Below are positions 49,014 through 61,804 of a stretch of 64,000 nucleotides of DNA, piece after piece. Under the pieces are notes generated by a model, which was not told the origin of the DNA, searched no databases, and saw nothing but the letters and a program-made list of their open reading frames with translations. Origin of the DNA: Podarcis liolepis. Its lineage: Eukaryota. A program made the translations under genes and the position numbers. Location of the stretch: NCBI GenBank assembly GCA_965112155.1, contig OZ218109.1. One strand, written 5' to 3'. Each line of letters opens with the position of its first letter. Within the stretch, counting starts at the first letter, position 1.

Positions 49014-51362
49014 GCAAGCATATCTGTTTTTCTAAAAATTAAACAAAGTGGTTCAAGTCCAGGCAAGAAATGGATTGCTCAACACTGTCTTGCCTTTCTG
49101 GACAAATCAATAAATACCAATAAAATAACAACAACAACATCTTCAGTAAAATAGTCTTAAAATTAGCAATTGAAAAACAAGAACAGCCCCCTCAAATATT
49201 TTATTAAGGGTGGGGCCAAAGGGACCTTGGCCCCTAGGAGTTGGCCCCTATGTGGCCATCCCATTGTTGCTAGTGTAAGGAAGTGTCTGCACCAATCATG
49301 TGTTTTTTTTCTAGGAGTAATAAATTATAAGAGCAGTTGCTTTAAGTTTTGCAATCATACTCCTGATTACTGAGATCATGCTTTCCAGGCAAGGGAGGGA
49401 CAAAAAGAAATGGTTTCTTCTTTCCGGGGGTAGGCGGGGGCAGCAAATGCGCTGATGGAACTAATTGCCATTGAATTGAGCTTGTTTTAATCATTGGGGG
49501 AAAGGCACTTAAACCCCAGTCCTATGCATTGTTTTGTTTTGTTATCTGGACTTTCGATTGTATTCGTTGTTGCATACTATATCTATATCTACATGTTCAT
49601 TCTCCCGCTGTTAAGAGTGTTGCACTTTAATGCATGCAAATTCTCTCCTTGTGTATGAAAATCCATGCATGTTCTTGTGAGATTGGCTGTGCAAATGTAA
49701 TTTTCCCCCTTTTCTCTCTCTCTTTTTTAAAAAAAATTAACCTGATATACATATCAGGAAATAGGACTGGTTTGCTCCAATAAGAGCTTGTTCCATTGGT
49801 CCTTAGGGCAGCTGTGTGCTAAATGTTCAAAGTTTAATTTTTCAGTTTCTGTATTCTGCAGTGCTTACATTAGATTTCCTCTTGTAAAGTTTTGTGGGTC
49901 GGAGGAGGGTCCTTGGCAGGGAGGAAGTGCAAGAGTGAGTGGTTTGTTTGACATTAGAACAAAAAACTCTTCAAAGTGGGCATTACTAAGACATGAAAGA
50001 CAGATGGATTCGTAGGTGTGTGGCTCTACATGAGCCTAATAAGGCAATTGTGATTGGCAGCAATTCATTTACCGCACATTGAGGAAGTGAGTCTTGGGCA
50101 CGGCAGGGAAGCAAAAGTGACCATTATCTTGGATTTGCAGAGCGTATTGCCAGTTACCAATGCATGAAGGAAGCCCAAAATTTTACACATTTTAGAAACC
50201 TTCTAATGAACCATGTGATTTTTGTTGAGGGCTTTATAAGACTGTGGCATCTGCTGCTTTCCAGTGACCAGTGTTGCTCATCTGCAAAATGGAAACCTAT
50301 TGAAATTCAAATTCATTTAAATGTGTGTGCATATCCCACCAAGTTCTACTCTGAGAAGGCCCACTGAAATTAATGGACCTGAGTTAGTCATGGCTATTAA
50401 TTTCACTGTGTCTACTCATGAGTATGACTACGACTGGATGCAGCCCATGGTCAAACACCTGCGGTTGGTGGTCTAAGGGGACAGCTCTTTGCTTTTATGT
50501 GAAACACGCAAGAATCTCTTGGCAGAGCTTGCTTGTTCCTCTGCATCATATTTTCTCGTTCGTTTAAATACGTTCGAGTTGCTGGCATCGTCACAGAAAT
50601 AGCAATCAAAACAGTGAGAATGTGTTCAGCTTGAATCCCAGATCAGGTTTGCCAAAACATGCTCCCTCTCTTCTCTGACTCCAGTTAATAATATGGTGGC
50701 TCCTTAGATGGACAGCGGGAAGGTATACAATTAAATGACAACAGAGTAATATGATAGGTGTCTTAATAGTATAGACAGAGCAACAAACCCATTTGATGAA
50801 GCAGGCAAGACAATGACATTTATATCTCTAAGTATCCCTTAAACCCTAGCAACAGCCTTTCCACAATACCATTCAAAGAGAAACCTGGCCGCAGATAAAT
50901 ACTAAGTAGAAGCTCACTCCAAACAAGGTGAGCTGCCTGTCCTTGCCTTCTCTGAACTAGAGCTAAAGAAAATCCCAAAGTAATTGTCTAGTGCGCACAC
51001 AGCAGAGGAAACAAAATTGTACGTGATCAGACACCACCACCCTTTAGAGAGCTTCCCAAAAACAATACATTACCCTAGAAGAAGCATCTTGCAAAACGAA
51101 ATCATTTCTAGTTCTCCATCAATGTGTTCAGTTTGTTACAGCTCTTGTCTCACTTGCCCTCTCAAAAGGGTGTCATTGTCGCTTGCGAGGGAAGTTGCTT
51201 GTTTTTGAAAAGGGTGGGTTTTTCAGGAACTTCCAAAATTAAGCCAAGTCCAAATAACATTTTTTTAAACAGATTATGAAAAAGTGAAATGCTTAGAGAG
51301 AAGGCATCCATTCCCCAATATACATGTAACACTTCTCCTTCCTCTCTGCAATACTTGCATTA

Positions 51363-51514
51363 ACTAGCATAGCTCGGTTGGTAGAGCACAAGACTCTTAT
51401 TCTCAGGGTCGTGAATTCAAGCCCTGTGTTGGGCAAAAGATTCCTTAATTGCAGGTGGTTGGACTAGATGGGCATCATGGTCCCTTCCAACTCTACAATT
51501 CTAGGATTCTATGA
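51363..51514 (+). mobile_element. tRNA-Lys(CTT)-derived SINE with CR1-type tail (not a functional tRNA)
   Basis: 51363-51435 aligns to tRNA-Lys-CTT (TAGCTC.GT.GGTAGAGCA..AGACTCTTA.TCTCAGGGTCGTG..TTC.AGCCC...GTTGGGC; CTT at 51396-51398), followed by the CR1 3' end ggttggactagatg..ggtcccttccaactctacaattctaggattctatga. Confidence 0.88.
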
Positions 51515-51800
51515 CAATGTTCAGTGAAACCTGTCAAACATGAATAGACATGCTCAGTACATAGGATAGGATATTCAGCGCTTAGGCATGGCCAGAAATT
51601 GATAACTCAAAGGAATTGTTAGTTAATGAATATCTAGCCCTCAACTTTTGTAGGACAGAGTGAACTAAAATTCCACCCTGAATAACTGTTTGTGGGTTAT
51701 TTTTAGCCAAAAGTCTGAAGGTTTGAACCAAGTTTCAAACTTAGAAAACCCATTATATAGGTAGTGCTCCTTTTGGATAAACAATATCGAGCCATCTTCA

Positions 51801-51856
51801 TATTCCTGCATTGCAGACTAGATGGCCGTTGGGGTCCCTTGCAACTCTACAATTCT
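51801..51856 (+). mobile_element. Truncated second copy of the same SINE tail
   Basis: ttcctgcattgcag..actagatggcc..ggggtcccttgcaactctacaattct matches 51441-51502. Confidence 0.7.
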
Positions 51857-51914
51857 TTTATTGTATTTACACTTAAACTACCTGAAAATAATGAATCCTG
51901 AGTTCTTAAAATTA

Positions 51915-52135
51915 TTTTATTACATTTTAAAATTCTGCTTTTTCTACAAGGAGCTTGTGGTGGCCTAAGAGGCCTCACCCAACCCAAGTGCCTTCCCCCG
52001 CACTCTTCAACAAGCCTATGAGATAGGTCAGGCTGAGAGAGGGCAACTGGCCCAGGGTCACCCAATGAGCTTTTTGACCGTGTGGGGATCCTTTTTAGAT
52101 GTAGCCCAGTATTCTGGTCACTACACCACCCTAGC
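51915..52135 (-). mobile_element. CORE-type SINE (Squam3/MIR-like), decayed
   Basis: tttttctacaaggagct..gagataggtcaggctgagagagggcaactggcccagggtcacccaatgagct..cactacaccac. Confidence 0.7.
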
Positions 52136-54539
52136 ATGGAATCAATTTGCCTTGGTCAGTCCTGTATGCTAAAATGAAACCACAAAATAAATTAAATTAT
52201 TTGGACGTGATGTTGCCACCTGTCTTGTTGATGAAGAAATGCCATGCTACAACATAGCTAGGTCAAACTGAGTTAAAATCTGAAGGGAGAAATCTCTCTT
52301 GAGTCTCTTGTCCAGCCTTCTTCAACGTGTGCCCTCCAAATGCTGCTGGATTCCACTCTCATATCTCTGATCTGACTTGTAGTCTGAAACAACTGTGGGG
52401 AGGAATCAGGTTGAAGAAGGCTATTCAAGTGGTGATGGGACAGGGCAGGGGAAGGCTGGTGCCAGCCACTCGAGGTCCTTGACTTTCCCAAAAGTATTTC
52501 TGTGTCTGTTCAGCTACTCAGTTTAGAGATCTTAGTTGGCCAATCAGTTGATTAAATTACATATATTTGCATATGAATAAAAAATACTTCTGACATAGGA
52601 GGAAACACACTTCCCTTGTTTTTCGATGATATTTACATGTATCACAGCAGGTAGTGTCTCAACTACCTGCATTTCCTCACGGATGAGAGGCAAATTCCTC
52701 TTCTGAGATGATGTCTAAAACATGTATGCTGCTTTTAAAAATTACGCTCATGCTAGCACACATGGAAGTTTTTTTCTTTTTCTATTTGTTTGAGTCTCAT
52801 TAATTCCTTTATTTTATTTTTTTTACAAAAACATTGTGGCTTCATTTATAGTAGATATATTTGAAACTAATGGTAGGTGTTGCTAAGGCTCAGAACTCTT
52901 TCCTCTGCTCCTTCTAAACTATTCCAGCTGTGTTTGTGTTTTGTGATCTTTCTGGTCAATCCCATAGTATGGGGCCTGACTTGTGACTTTTAAATATTTG
53001 CACTCACCTGAAATTATTTTCTTCCTTCCCCCTACTTATGCCCAGAATTCATTTTATGGCATGTGATGATCTTCGTTATTTGCAGTCTTTTTATTTTATG
53101 TTAGTACTTTTCCTCCTTGAAAGTCAGACCTGTTTATCATTGCTTTTGAAGGGTACAAAAGCATTTGTGCAAATATATGTGCAATACTGGACCGGACCAA
53201 GACAGGAAGGAGTTTATGCCCTGTTCTTTTTTAAAGTATAGCCTGAGTCATGAACATGGAGACGGTTTTGCAGGTGTGTGTGAGGGATGGGGAAGAGGAA
53301 GAGGATATGGGAAGAAATTAGACACTTTGTGGGAAACTTATCAGGCCTTCTCACTTCTTGGCTTTTGCTGTTAAAACCTTTAAAAGAAAACAAACACTTG
53401 GGCTTTTAGTTAATTAAATTGCTGATTTCCCTCTCGGCTTGCTGCTGCCATATATGTGCATGTTGCTTTTGTTTTGTTGCTGTTAAATTTTGATTTTGTG
53501 TTTTATTTATTGCAAGTTTGTACATTGCCTCCGGCAACTTGTCGCTAAGCATAATGTAAATCTGAAAGCTTGGACCAGGAACTCCTAGTCACTTTCTAAT
53601 GTGATGATTGAAAGAAATGTGATTTCAGAGGGTTTGGGTAAGGATGTCAACCCTCCCGATTGTGCCTATTTCCTGCATTTGAGCAGCCAGTCAATATGTT
53701 CTGCCTGATTCCCCCCCCCCCCCACCATTTGCCCATCCTAGTACTTCATGTTCTGCAGAGTACCCGCAAACATCTCACCTCACTGTCAAGCAGTTTCAGG
53801 ATAATGCTCCATTTTTATTAAGTGCTGTGAGTGCCTTTGCAAGATTCAGAAATGCCATCAGTAGGTTCATGAAGAATTAAGTGAAGTTTCCATTGCAGAA
53901 AGCTTTTGGATTGATCTCAAATAGTAATCCCTAGTTTAAAACTACCACATATTTCAGAGAGTCTTCAGTGGGTTGGTTTTCCCCTGTTTTGGGCTGAAAA
54001 AAGTCTGGCTGTCTTCCAAACTGAGCTCAATATGGAATCTCTATGTGTTTTTAGTGATTATTAGAACATCATTGCCATGCTAGATTTTGGATATTCTGTT
54101 TTGACTTGGATTTAAGAGTAGGATTTTCTAAAGAGCAATTTATAGCATCCCATAATATGTAGATGTAGGTCTGCCAAGGTCAATCAGTGCTTTCTTGCCA
54201 GTTTTTTTTAATAAATTATTTGTTAGCTACATACTTCACTAACATAAATATGAAACACCTGAAACACTAAACCATTCTTATGCTGACTTTTTTCTTACAA
54301 GTGAACAAATAACAAGCAGTTAGTTTATTTTCGGCTGCAAGTTGTGTGTTTTGATTCTTAGCTCCACCAAATCAAATTGATGATGATCTAAGGGTAGATG
54401 TTACAAATGATACAGAGTTGCTGCTGAAAAGGTGTTTTTATAATCTAGCTAATGAAGAGTCCACCTTCTTACATTTATGCCTGTAAGGTCTGTTGGGTTC
54501 CTTATGCTCCACCTCAACTACTGAGATCTTTGAACTCTA

Positions 54540-54790
54540 CCAGGGACTGAGCCTTTAGTGTGACAGATCCTGCCCCATCCTGCTGGTTTGGCAGAAGTAA
54601 TCTCTTCTTCCTTTCAAGAGCTGTGTTGTTCAGACAGGCCTTTGGAATTTTTTTTTTTTTAAACCAACTGTTCTTTACTGGTGTTTTTATTGACGTTATT
54701 GTAGTTTTATGTTACAATGCTACACAGAGCCCTGCTGTACATTTTATGTATATATTATAAATTTTATAAATATTTAAGTAAATAAATAAA
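54540..54790 (+). mobile_element. L2-like 3' end fragment
   Basis: gagcctttagtgtg..ctgtgttgttcagacaggcctttgg, then a T-rich stretch and taaataaataaaa tail. Mirrors the 3' end of the 7088-7790 L2. Confidence 0.55.
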
Positions 54791-57700
54791 ATACATTTCC
54801 TATCTTCCATCATGGAGCCCAAGGCAGCACACATGTGGTTTATATAGTTGGCAGGTACTGTCTTCTGTGACCTTGTTTAGTTCTTCTTTTTTATTTTAAA
54901 GCCATTCAGACAAGTAGCCATCACCACATCCTATGGGAAATAAATTTATTTTGTGGGATGTGAATGTTTCATTTAGGTGGTGGTGAACTGACGTGGGTGA
55001 TGTTGACTTTTTCTTATGGGAGAGTGAGCATGACTTACCAAAACTTGTGCATTTTGAAAATATTGCTCTTGCTATAGCCTACCGGCACCTGCCTTATGAC
55101 AGGCCAAACACAATGCAACCCATAGATTATTTGATCTACATGCCTGAGTGTCTTATAATCAAATTTACTAAAGAGTATTTCACATCTTTTCTGAATTAAA
55201 ACAATTGCCTGGAAGCTAATCAGAAATAAATGAGTTAATGCTTTCTGCTAAGTGCTACCAATTATATTGGCCTTTCAATTAAAAATTGTCTTTTAATTTC
55301 TTTTCCTTAAAATGGACTTGAGTATTTATGAACTATTTCTAATTGTGATGCTTTCTTTCCACTTGAGCACTTGGTGCCGTATCAGGAATTTATGATTTGC
55401 AGAGCAATAGGAGACATCTCTCTACATTGTTGTTGTTTGCAAAATACAGCATACACTCCAGTCTATATACAAATAGATATTTTCAGTGTATTCCTTTAAT
55501 GTTTTGAAAGTGAAGAAAATAACATTGCTCTATCCACTATTGTATGAAAAACGTACTGTTAGCACTAAATAATAGCCACTTCAAAAGCTGCTTATATTTT
55601 GAATTTTTCCACAGTAAATTTGGCTCCCAAAGGATTTCTTGTGACTTGAAGCACTGAAACCACTTTTATGGCTCTGTGCTCATACTAGAACCCAGCCCTA
55701 ACACCCATACATTATTCCAATCCTTCTTCTAGCTATGTAAAACATTTTCACGGCACAGGGGGAAGGGAGCTGCTTACATTTAGCATTTTAATGCAAAAGG
55801 AGCTAAAGAATAGTTAAGTCCAAGCTGAACTACTATTTCTTTGATGGACATAGCCAGGCTAAAATGGTGATGGGGAGAGGTGTGCCTGGTATGGGCTATT
55901 GGAGGAGAGGGAGACAGCAATGAATATAATTGTTTTGTGCTGAACAACTGACAGGCCATGTGAAGCACAAGATATAAGTGAGGTCATTTATTTTTTTTTT
56001 ACTGTTTTTGGTCGAGATCAGAATATATTGAAGATCCATCGATAATGCCAGGCTAATGTAAGCTGAATCTTATGGCATGCTCAGTATGTTAGGCTACCTA
56101 GAAACTAAGTTTGTGTTTTGTTTTCATCTTGCTATTCACTATTTCTCTTGCTCCCTGCCTTATACTGGAGGTTGTCTGGATGCTTTTGATCACTAGGGTT
56201 GACTTTTCCCAAGCTAGGAACTCCAGCAACATGTTCCAAGGTTTGTGCAACTGGGAATAAGGCAAGGACAGAGGCCGGCTCTTGCATCCAGCAGCAATCT
56301 GCTGGTGGCTTCCCAAGTCCCAGGATGAAAGCTTGAAGGCACCTCAGTAGCTTAGAGGTTTATGAGCTTAGATGGTGGTACTATACACGCAGGTCCCACT
56401 CTCCAAACTCAATGTGTTCGCAGGAAATTGTTCAGTAGGTGAGCATTCATATAACGAGCTGGTGCTTTCCATTATTTCATATGGGGACATTTCTAATCTG
56501 TGATTTGTCTGTTCTCTCTCGCCTTTCCTTCATGCTTTCTGCTGAAAACTGCTGCAGCCAATCAGCAGAAGCCAAACAAAGGAAAAATGGGTTTTTTCTG
56601 ACCCCTCTTGCTCCTTGATTTGTCCAGTCTCTCCCCCCACCCCCGCCTTCTTCCTTAAATGGCAGGTGCAGGCAGATGACTCCATGACACCAAGTCCTGC
56701 TATAAAATCCTCACTGTGTGAAACCATGTCATCCGTGTCTGGATTCCTAGGACTTTCAAACAGTAGCTAGTTAGTATGAATCATTTCAGAGCCAAACAGA
56801 TAGCATTTGCTTCTTTTTTTAAGTGGTGACAGTAATACATTAACATTGGCTGGTTTGGGCTTTTGAACTGCATCCGAGCACTAACATGTTAAACTTGTGA
56901 AACAATTTTGAAGATTGTTTCATCTTTTTTTAAAAAGTAGCACTGCGAGTTCATAAATACTTCCAATAGGACATGTAGATTTTTGTATCCGTGCTTTGGT
57001 ATGTATGCTGTGGCTCTGCATAGATCTTTATATTGCTACCTTTTACTCTCTTTTTATTATTCGTTTCCATTTAGAATAAATTATGACAGAGTAATTTAAA
57101 ATAGCAGTTACTAGATCAGAAATCAGTGAGTTACGTTTTAAATGAATCTGAAAATAATACTTTAGTCTTCTAGAACCGTATCTGAATTTAACCAATTTTT
57201 TTTTTCATTCTTGCTATAATAAGCATCTTTACCGTAGATGAAAAATGAGGGTTTGTGAAATAAATACCAAGGTATAATTTTGTTGCTTGCTAGCTAGTGT
57301 GTAATGTCCTCTGCAATTCTGAGAATATGAAAATGGTAAACAGGGGTGACTAATTTAGCATAGCAAAGACTTGCCTGGTTAATAATTTGCACAACTGGGC
57401 TTTCTTTGTGATCCTAATAAATCTATATATGTTCTGGTTCTTCCTACTGATAGCCTTTTTGTCATCTGCCACATGCATATCAATTGTAGCTGACTTGGAT
57501 GAGGTTTAAGAACAAGATGAATGAGTTGCCAAGGGAATCTGGGATTAGGTTTTTTGTGGGGGGTTTTTTGGAAATTAGTTTTGTCTCAGGACTACAGCAA
57601 ATACTGAGAATGAGCCAGGACTAAATAAAGTATGCGTATAAAATTGGACCAGTGCAAATATAATTGTGGACACACTATAGATCTGGATAATATTACAAGG

Positions 57701-60006
57701 GCAATGATTATCAACATTATAAACAGTTGCCATCGACGAAAATGCTGTAATAGGCTTATTCTACATAATTGAAAACAACTACTATAAATTAATCTGGCCA
57801 ACATTGTAAAGTATTCAGAAACAGCATGGCTCAGAAATAAGCGTCTTAATTACGCTCTGTCTTGAGACCTGGTGGGGATACTCAGGAGATAGGAATGTCA
57901 GAATTGATATGTACTTAATTGGCCTAATTAATAATAGCCTCAAAGTAAAAAAAATGTGACTGCAATGCCTGCTTTAATAGATTAAAAAGAAGCAGGATTT
58001 TCTTCATAGAAACTGTATTCACATCAATCATGTTTGTTGTACCAATCTAGATCAAACATGACTAAATGGGAGATTTTTATGCCGCAATGTCACAGGCAGT
58101 TTAGGCTGCCTGGTTAGATTGGGATAAGGTTGTGGATAGCTGGAAAGTAGCTTGAGTGACAGAGAAAGCAATAATTCTCCATCTCACTAGAGCTGGATGA
58201 GTTCTTTATTCTGTCGTAATCCATTGCTTATTACTTGTTTGGGATTCATATTCTCTCTTCCTCTTTTCCCACTGCTTCTTTTAAAAGGAAAGAATGGGGT
58301 GGGTTTTTCATGTAGATTCTGTCACGTTATTAGCCAGTTTTGTTCTAGTACTTGCTAATTTGTATATTAAAAAATGCTTGCTAAATTGTACCTTTCAGGG
58401 GAGGGCAGGTATAACATCTGTGTCAGTGAAAGATGCTGTACGTAGCCAGGACCGGCAGGGATCGCTGAACGCAGCCTTTGATCCATGCTGCCTAATAAAG
58501 GATTGCTGGGCCAGTGGCGAACTGGGAGGGGCATGGGAGGGTTAGGTAGAGATCTAAGCTGCTTTAGTGCACACCTTCAAAACGTGCACTGAAAAAACAT
58601 CAAACCCATGCAGGTATACCTGCCAAGTAGCAATGATCACCTGCCTCTTTGGCAAGCGGACCTGTATGAAGAAGGCATGGGCTTGATCTTGTCTGTGTAC
58701 ATTTGCACAACGCCGTGTACATGCTCCCTGTGAAGTGCGTACTTCACAACACCAAAGAATATATGAAATGACACTAGGCTGCTGGATTGAGTGTTCAGGT
58801 CCAGGGGGCAGAATCTCATGCAACCAGAGCAGGCGCTTACTGCCAAAAAACCTCACAAGAAATCTGGTAAAAAGGATCGGTGGGGTGATTTTTACGTGGA
58901 AATGCAGTAGAAAGAAGAGGCTCCTGGACCCTTTCCTCCTCTCCTTTCCTGCAGCACTTTCAGCTTCATTCGAATACCTTTTCTGCTGTGTAGATGGACA
59001 GACAGAAAGAAATTGGTGGAGGAGGGCTATATTGCCTATTTTCCCGCTTGGGGGGACCCCCCCCCCAAGGCTAACAGGCATTTGGTAGCAACTTAGATTT
59101 GAAGACTCAGATCTGCTGTTGCTTGTAGTTTCTTCCTGATAGCCCTGTGCATCTGCTTTGGATCAAACATGAGTTCCAAGGCAAAGCAAGCGGCTTCGGA
59201 GGTATTTGGATCATGTCTGAACCTCAGCAACTGATCTGCAAGTGGTTGAAACCAAAGCAGACTGCTCCCAAATCCTTGGACCTGCTTTAGTGGGTGGTTT
59301 GCTGCTGTAAGCCCCACTCAGTGCATTTTTCTAAAACTTCCTGCAATCATTCCATAAAAGGAAAATAGCGGGGAGGGGAGGGAGAAAAAGTGGGGTGTAG
59401 TTTTGTGAGTGACGGCTCTGACTTCAAATCAGGGAATGACTTCACCAGAACTCTCCAGTCACCATGCTTTGGGGGAGGGATACTGAAGAGTAACATTTTG
59501 GGAAAGCATTCTGTTTTTTCGCTGCCCTTTGCTTGTTAACACTCTTAAGACCAGCAGCATTTGAAAGAGTTTGGAGAAGTTGGTGGTTGTGTTTTGCTTG
59601 TGCAATCTTCCCTTGTTCCAATCCTTGCATTACTCTTACTGTTGTCTGTGCCTGCCTAGAGCATTATGCCCACCTCTCATTCTGGCCTTAGTAGCTTTGA
59701 CTGAGCTTGCATTAATTGTAGGTCTCCGTGTGTCTGTGAATGTATGTTATTAGTATAGCATCTGTCTGTTTCTGTGTTCTTTTTGTGATTGTCTGTCTCC
59801 CTGCCTCTCACACACTCTCCAGTGCTGTTACAGAGCGCGATTGCACCAAACAGCACTAAATCTGTGCATACAGTAATATTTTCAATAAAAGTGTCTCCTA
59901 TCTCAGGTTTTTATTGGGAAAACTCAGGTTGCCCACAAGGCAATTTCTGGGAGGCAGTAGAGTTGACGACATCAGTTCTCACACAACCCATCAATGTTTA
60001 GATGAG

Positions 60007-60008
<2 letters not shown>

Positions 60009-60047
<39 letters not shown>
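60009..60047. repeat. (CA)n microsatellite
   Basis: Read directly from the sequence. Confidence 0.95.
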
Positions 60048-60054
<7 letters not shown>

Positions 60055-61804
60055 CTGTGCACCTGAAATTTGGCTCTGTCTTCTCAAAATATGCCTGTGC
60101 ACACCTCTGCTAGTGTATTCAGAGGAACTATTGGGAGCATTAGGTGGCAGTTGTTGGTTTCACTTCTGTGCAGTAGCTATATGCTAGAATTACTTTGTTC
60201 TTCTACTGAATATCCTGAATGCTGCATCGAGTGGGAATTAGAACTACTATTTTTAAGTATGTACTTGCTGCATGTTCTTTTAAGGTGCCCCCCCAAAGCA
60301 AAAGGCACCTCCAAATCTCAAACAGAATAAAAACCAAAACACTGAACTTGAACATTTGGGGGGGGGGGTACAATACCATTTTCTTTAAAATCTCCTGCAG
60401 AAGTTTAAACATAGATCAGTGGCTTTGGAAATGTCTTCGGAGACATCTGCTGAAGTTGCTGGCTGCTTGCTTTTGCTTGGCAGCACAGGAACTTCCCCAA
60501 CCTGGTGATTTGGTTTTGCCTGCATTCAGGGGAATCATCGTTTGGCTCTGGAGAATTGGGTCCAAGGCAGAGCTGCTGGCTTTTCCCTTTCCTTTTTTCA
60601 AAGTGTAGGAGGAAGTCTGCCCCAAAGCAACTTGTACAGAGGCTGCTGTTTTCATCTGAACACACAGCTTCTGGCTAATTGCCCCTGAGGGCATGCTTAG
60701 CAGCAGACATAAGCTCTGCCTGGCCTGGTCCCACCCCCTGCCCGCAAGGCCTCCCTTGGATTGTTGCTGGTGGTCATCCTGTCAAGTCAAGCAAACCTCC
60801 TCATAATGCCATTGTGAAGTGGGCTTTATTATCGCTGCTTAAATGAGAAGGCGGCCCAGGCACTGTGGATGCCTGTCTTTTTCCAAGGTTAAACACCAAG
60901 ACAGATTCCAGGTGTCTTTCCTGCTTTTGGCAACACTGCTAATCCCGGTATCATTCTGCACCCTTTGATACTATTGTCTCGTGTTAGAAGTGTATATACA
61001 ATAGTACACTCTCTAATGCATATTTCCAGTGTATTAAAAACATCTAAACGATTCCTTTTGAAATCTCAATTATAGCCCTGTGCCTCCTTCCTCCTTTGGT
61101 CTCTTACTCATTTGGCCTCCTGGATTTTATTCGTCTGCCTGCAGTGTAAATAAAACCATGCACTGCACCATCTGTCAGCAGAGTGGATGGTTTTTAAACA
61201 GTAGCAAAGTGAAGTTTAGCAGCTTATTTTGATTGGAGATTTTATTTTAAAAATCAATCAAACTTTTTATTTTTTGAATTTTGTATCAATTTTGGACCTC
61301 CTATGTTTCTTAGTTTGGGATAATCCTGGTGGTGGGGTTTTCATAATAAACATTTTATTTTATTAAAATAGTTCATTTCTGGAATCCCAGTGGAGCTTGT
61401 ACAGTCATTGTGAAGCTTTCCCCATAATTGTATTTCCATACTAAAAAAAGTCTTGACCTGATGAATTTCTGCTTCCCATACAATTGTTAAAGTCACAAGA
61501 ACCTTGTCTCCCCACCCCACCCCACCCCAATGCTAAGCCTAAACCAAAACATAGGCTATCCCTTTAAACACAGAGACTTCCATGTAGTCCCTTGAACTGT
61601 AAATTAACTATACAGTGAATTCTTATGAGTGTTTGTTCTTTAGTTCCTGCACACCAGCAGATGTCCCTAAGACTCTTTGCAAAGTTTTCACATTTGCCTT
61701 TTGGGGGAAGGAGAGATTTTTTTCACATCCACCCACAATCATTGTATAGTAGTACTCGCATAGAATAACTTCTAGGGACTACCTGATCTCAGACAAGCCC
61801 ACTA

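Noticed and set aside
51363-51435. Functional tRNA-Lys(CTT) gene
   Set aside because: Acceptor and T-arm mismatches, degraded B box, no oligo-T terminator, and fused to a CR1 tail, so it is a SINE.
58399-58408. 10-nt microexon candidate tttcag|GGGAGGGCAG|gtataa
   Set aside because: Short pyrimidine tract, weak donor and frameshifting length. Such matches are frequent by chance and cannot be supported without RNA-seq.
58554-59088. 175-aa and 117-aa overlapping ORFs
   Set aside because: No homology or codon-like pattern; non-ATG or poor starts.
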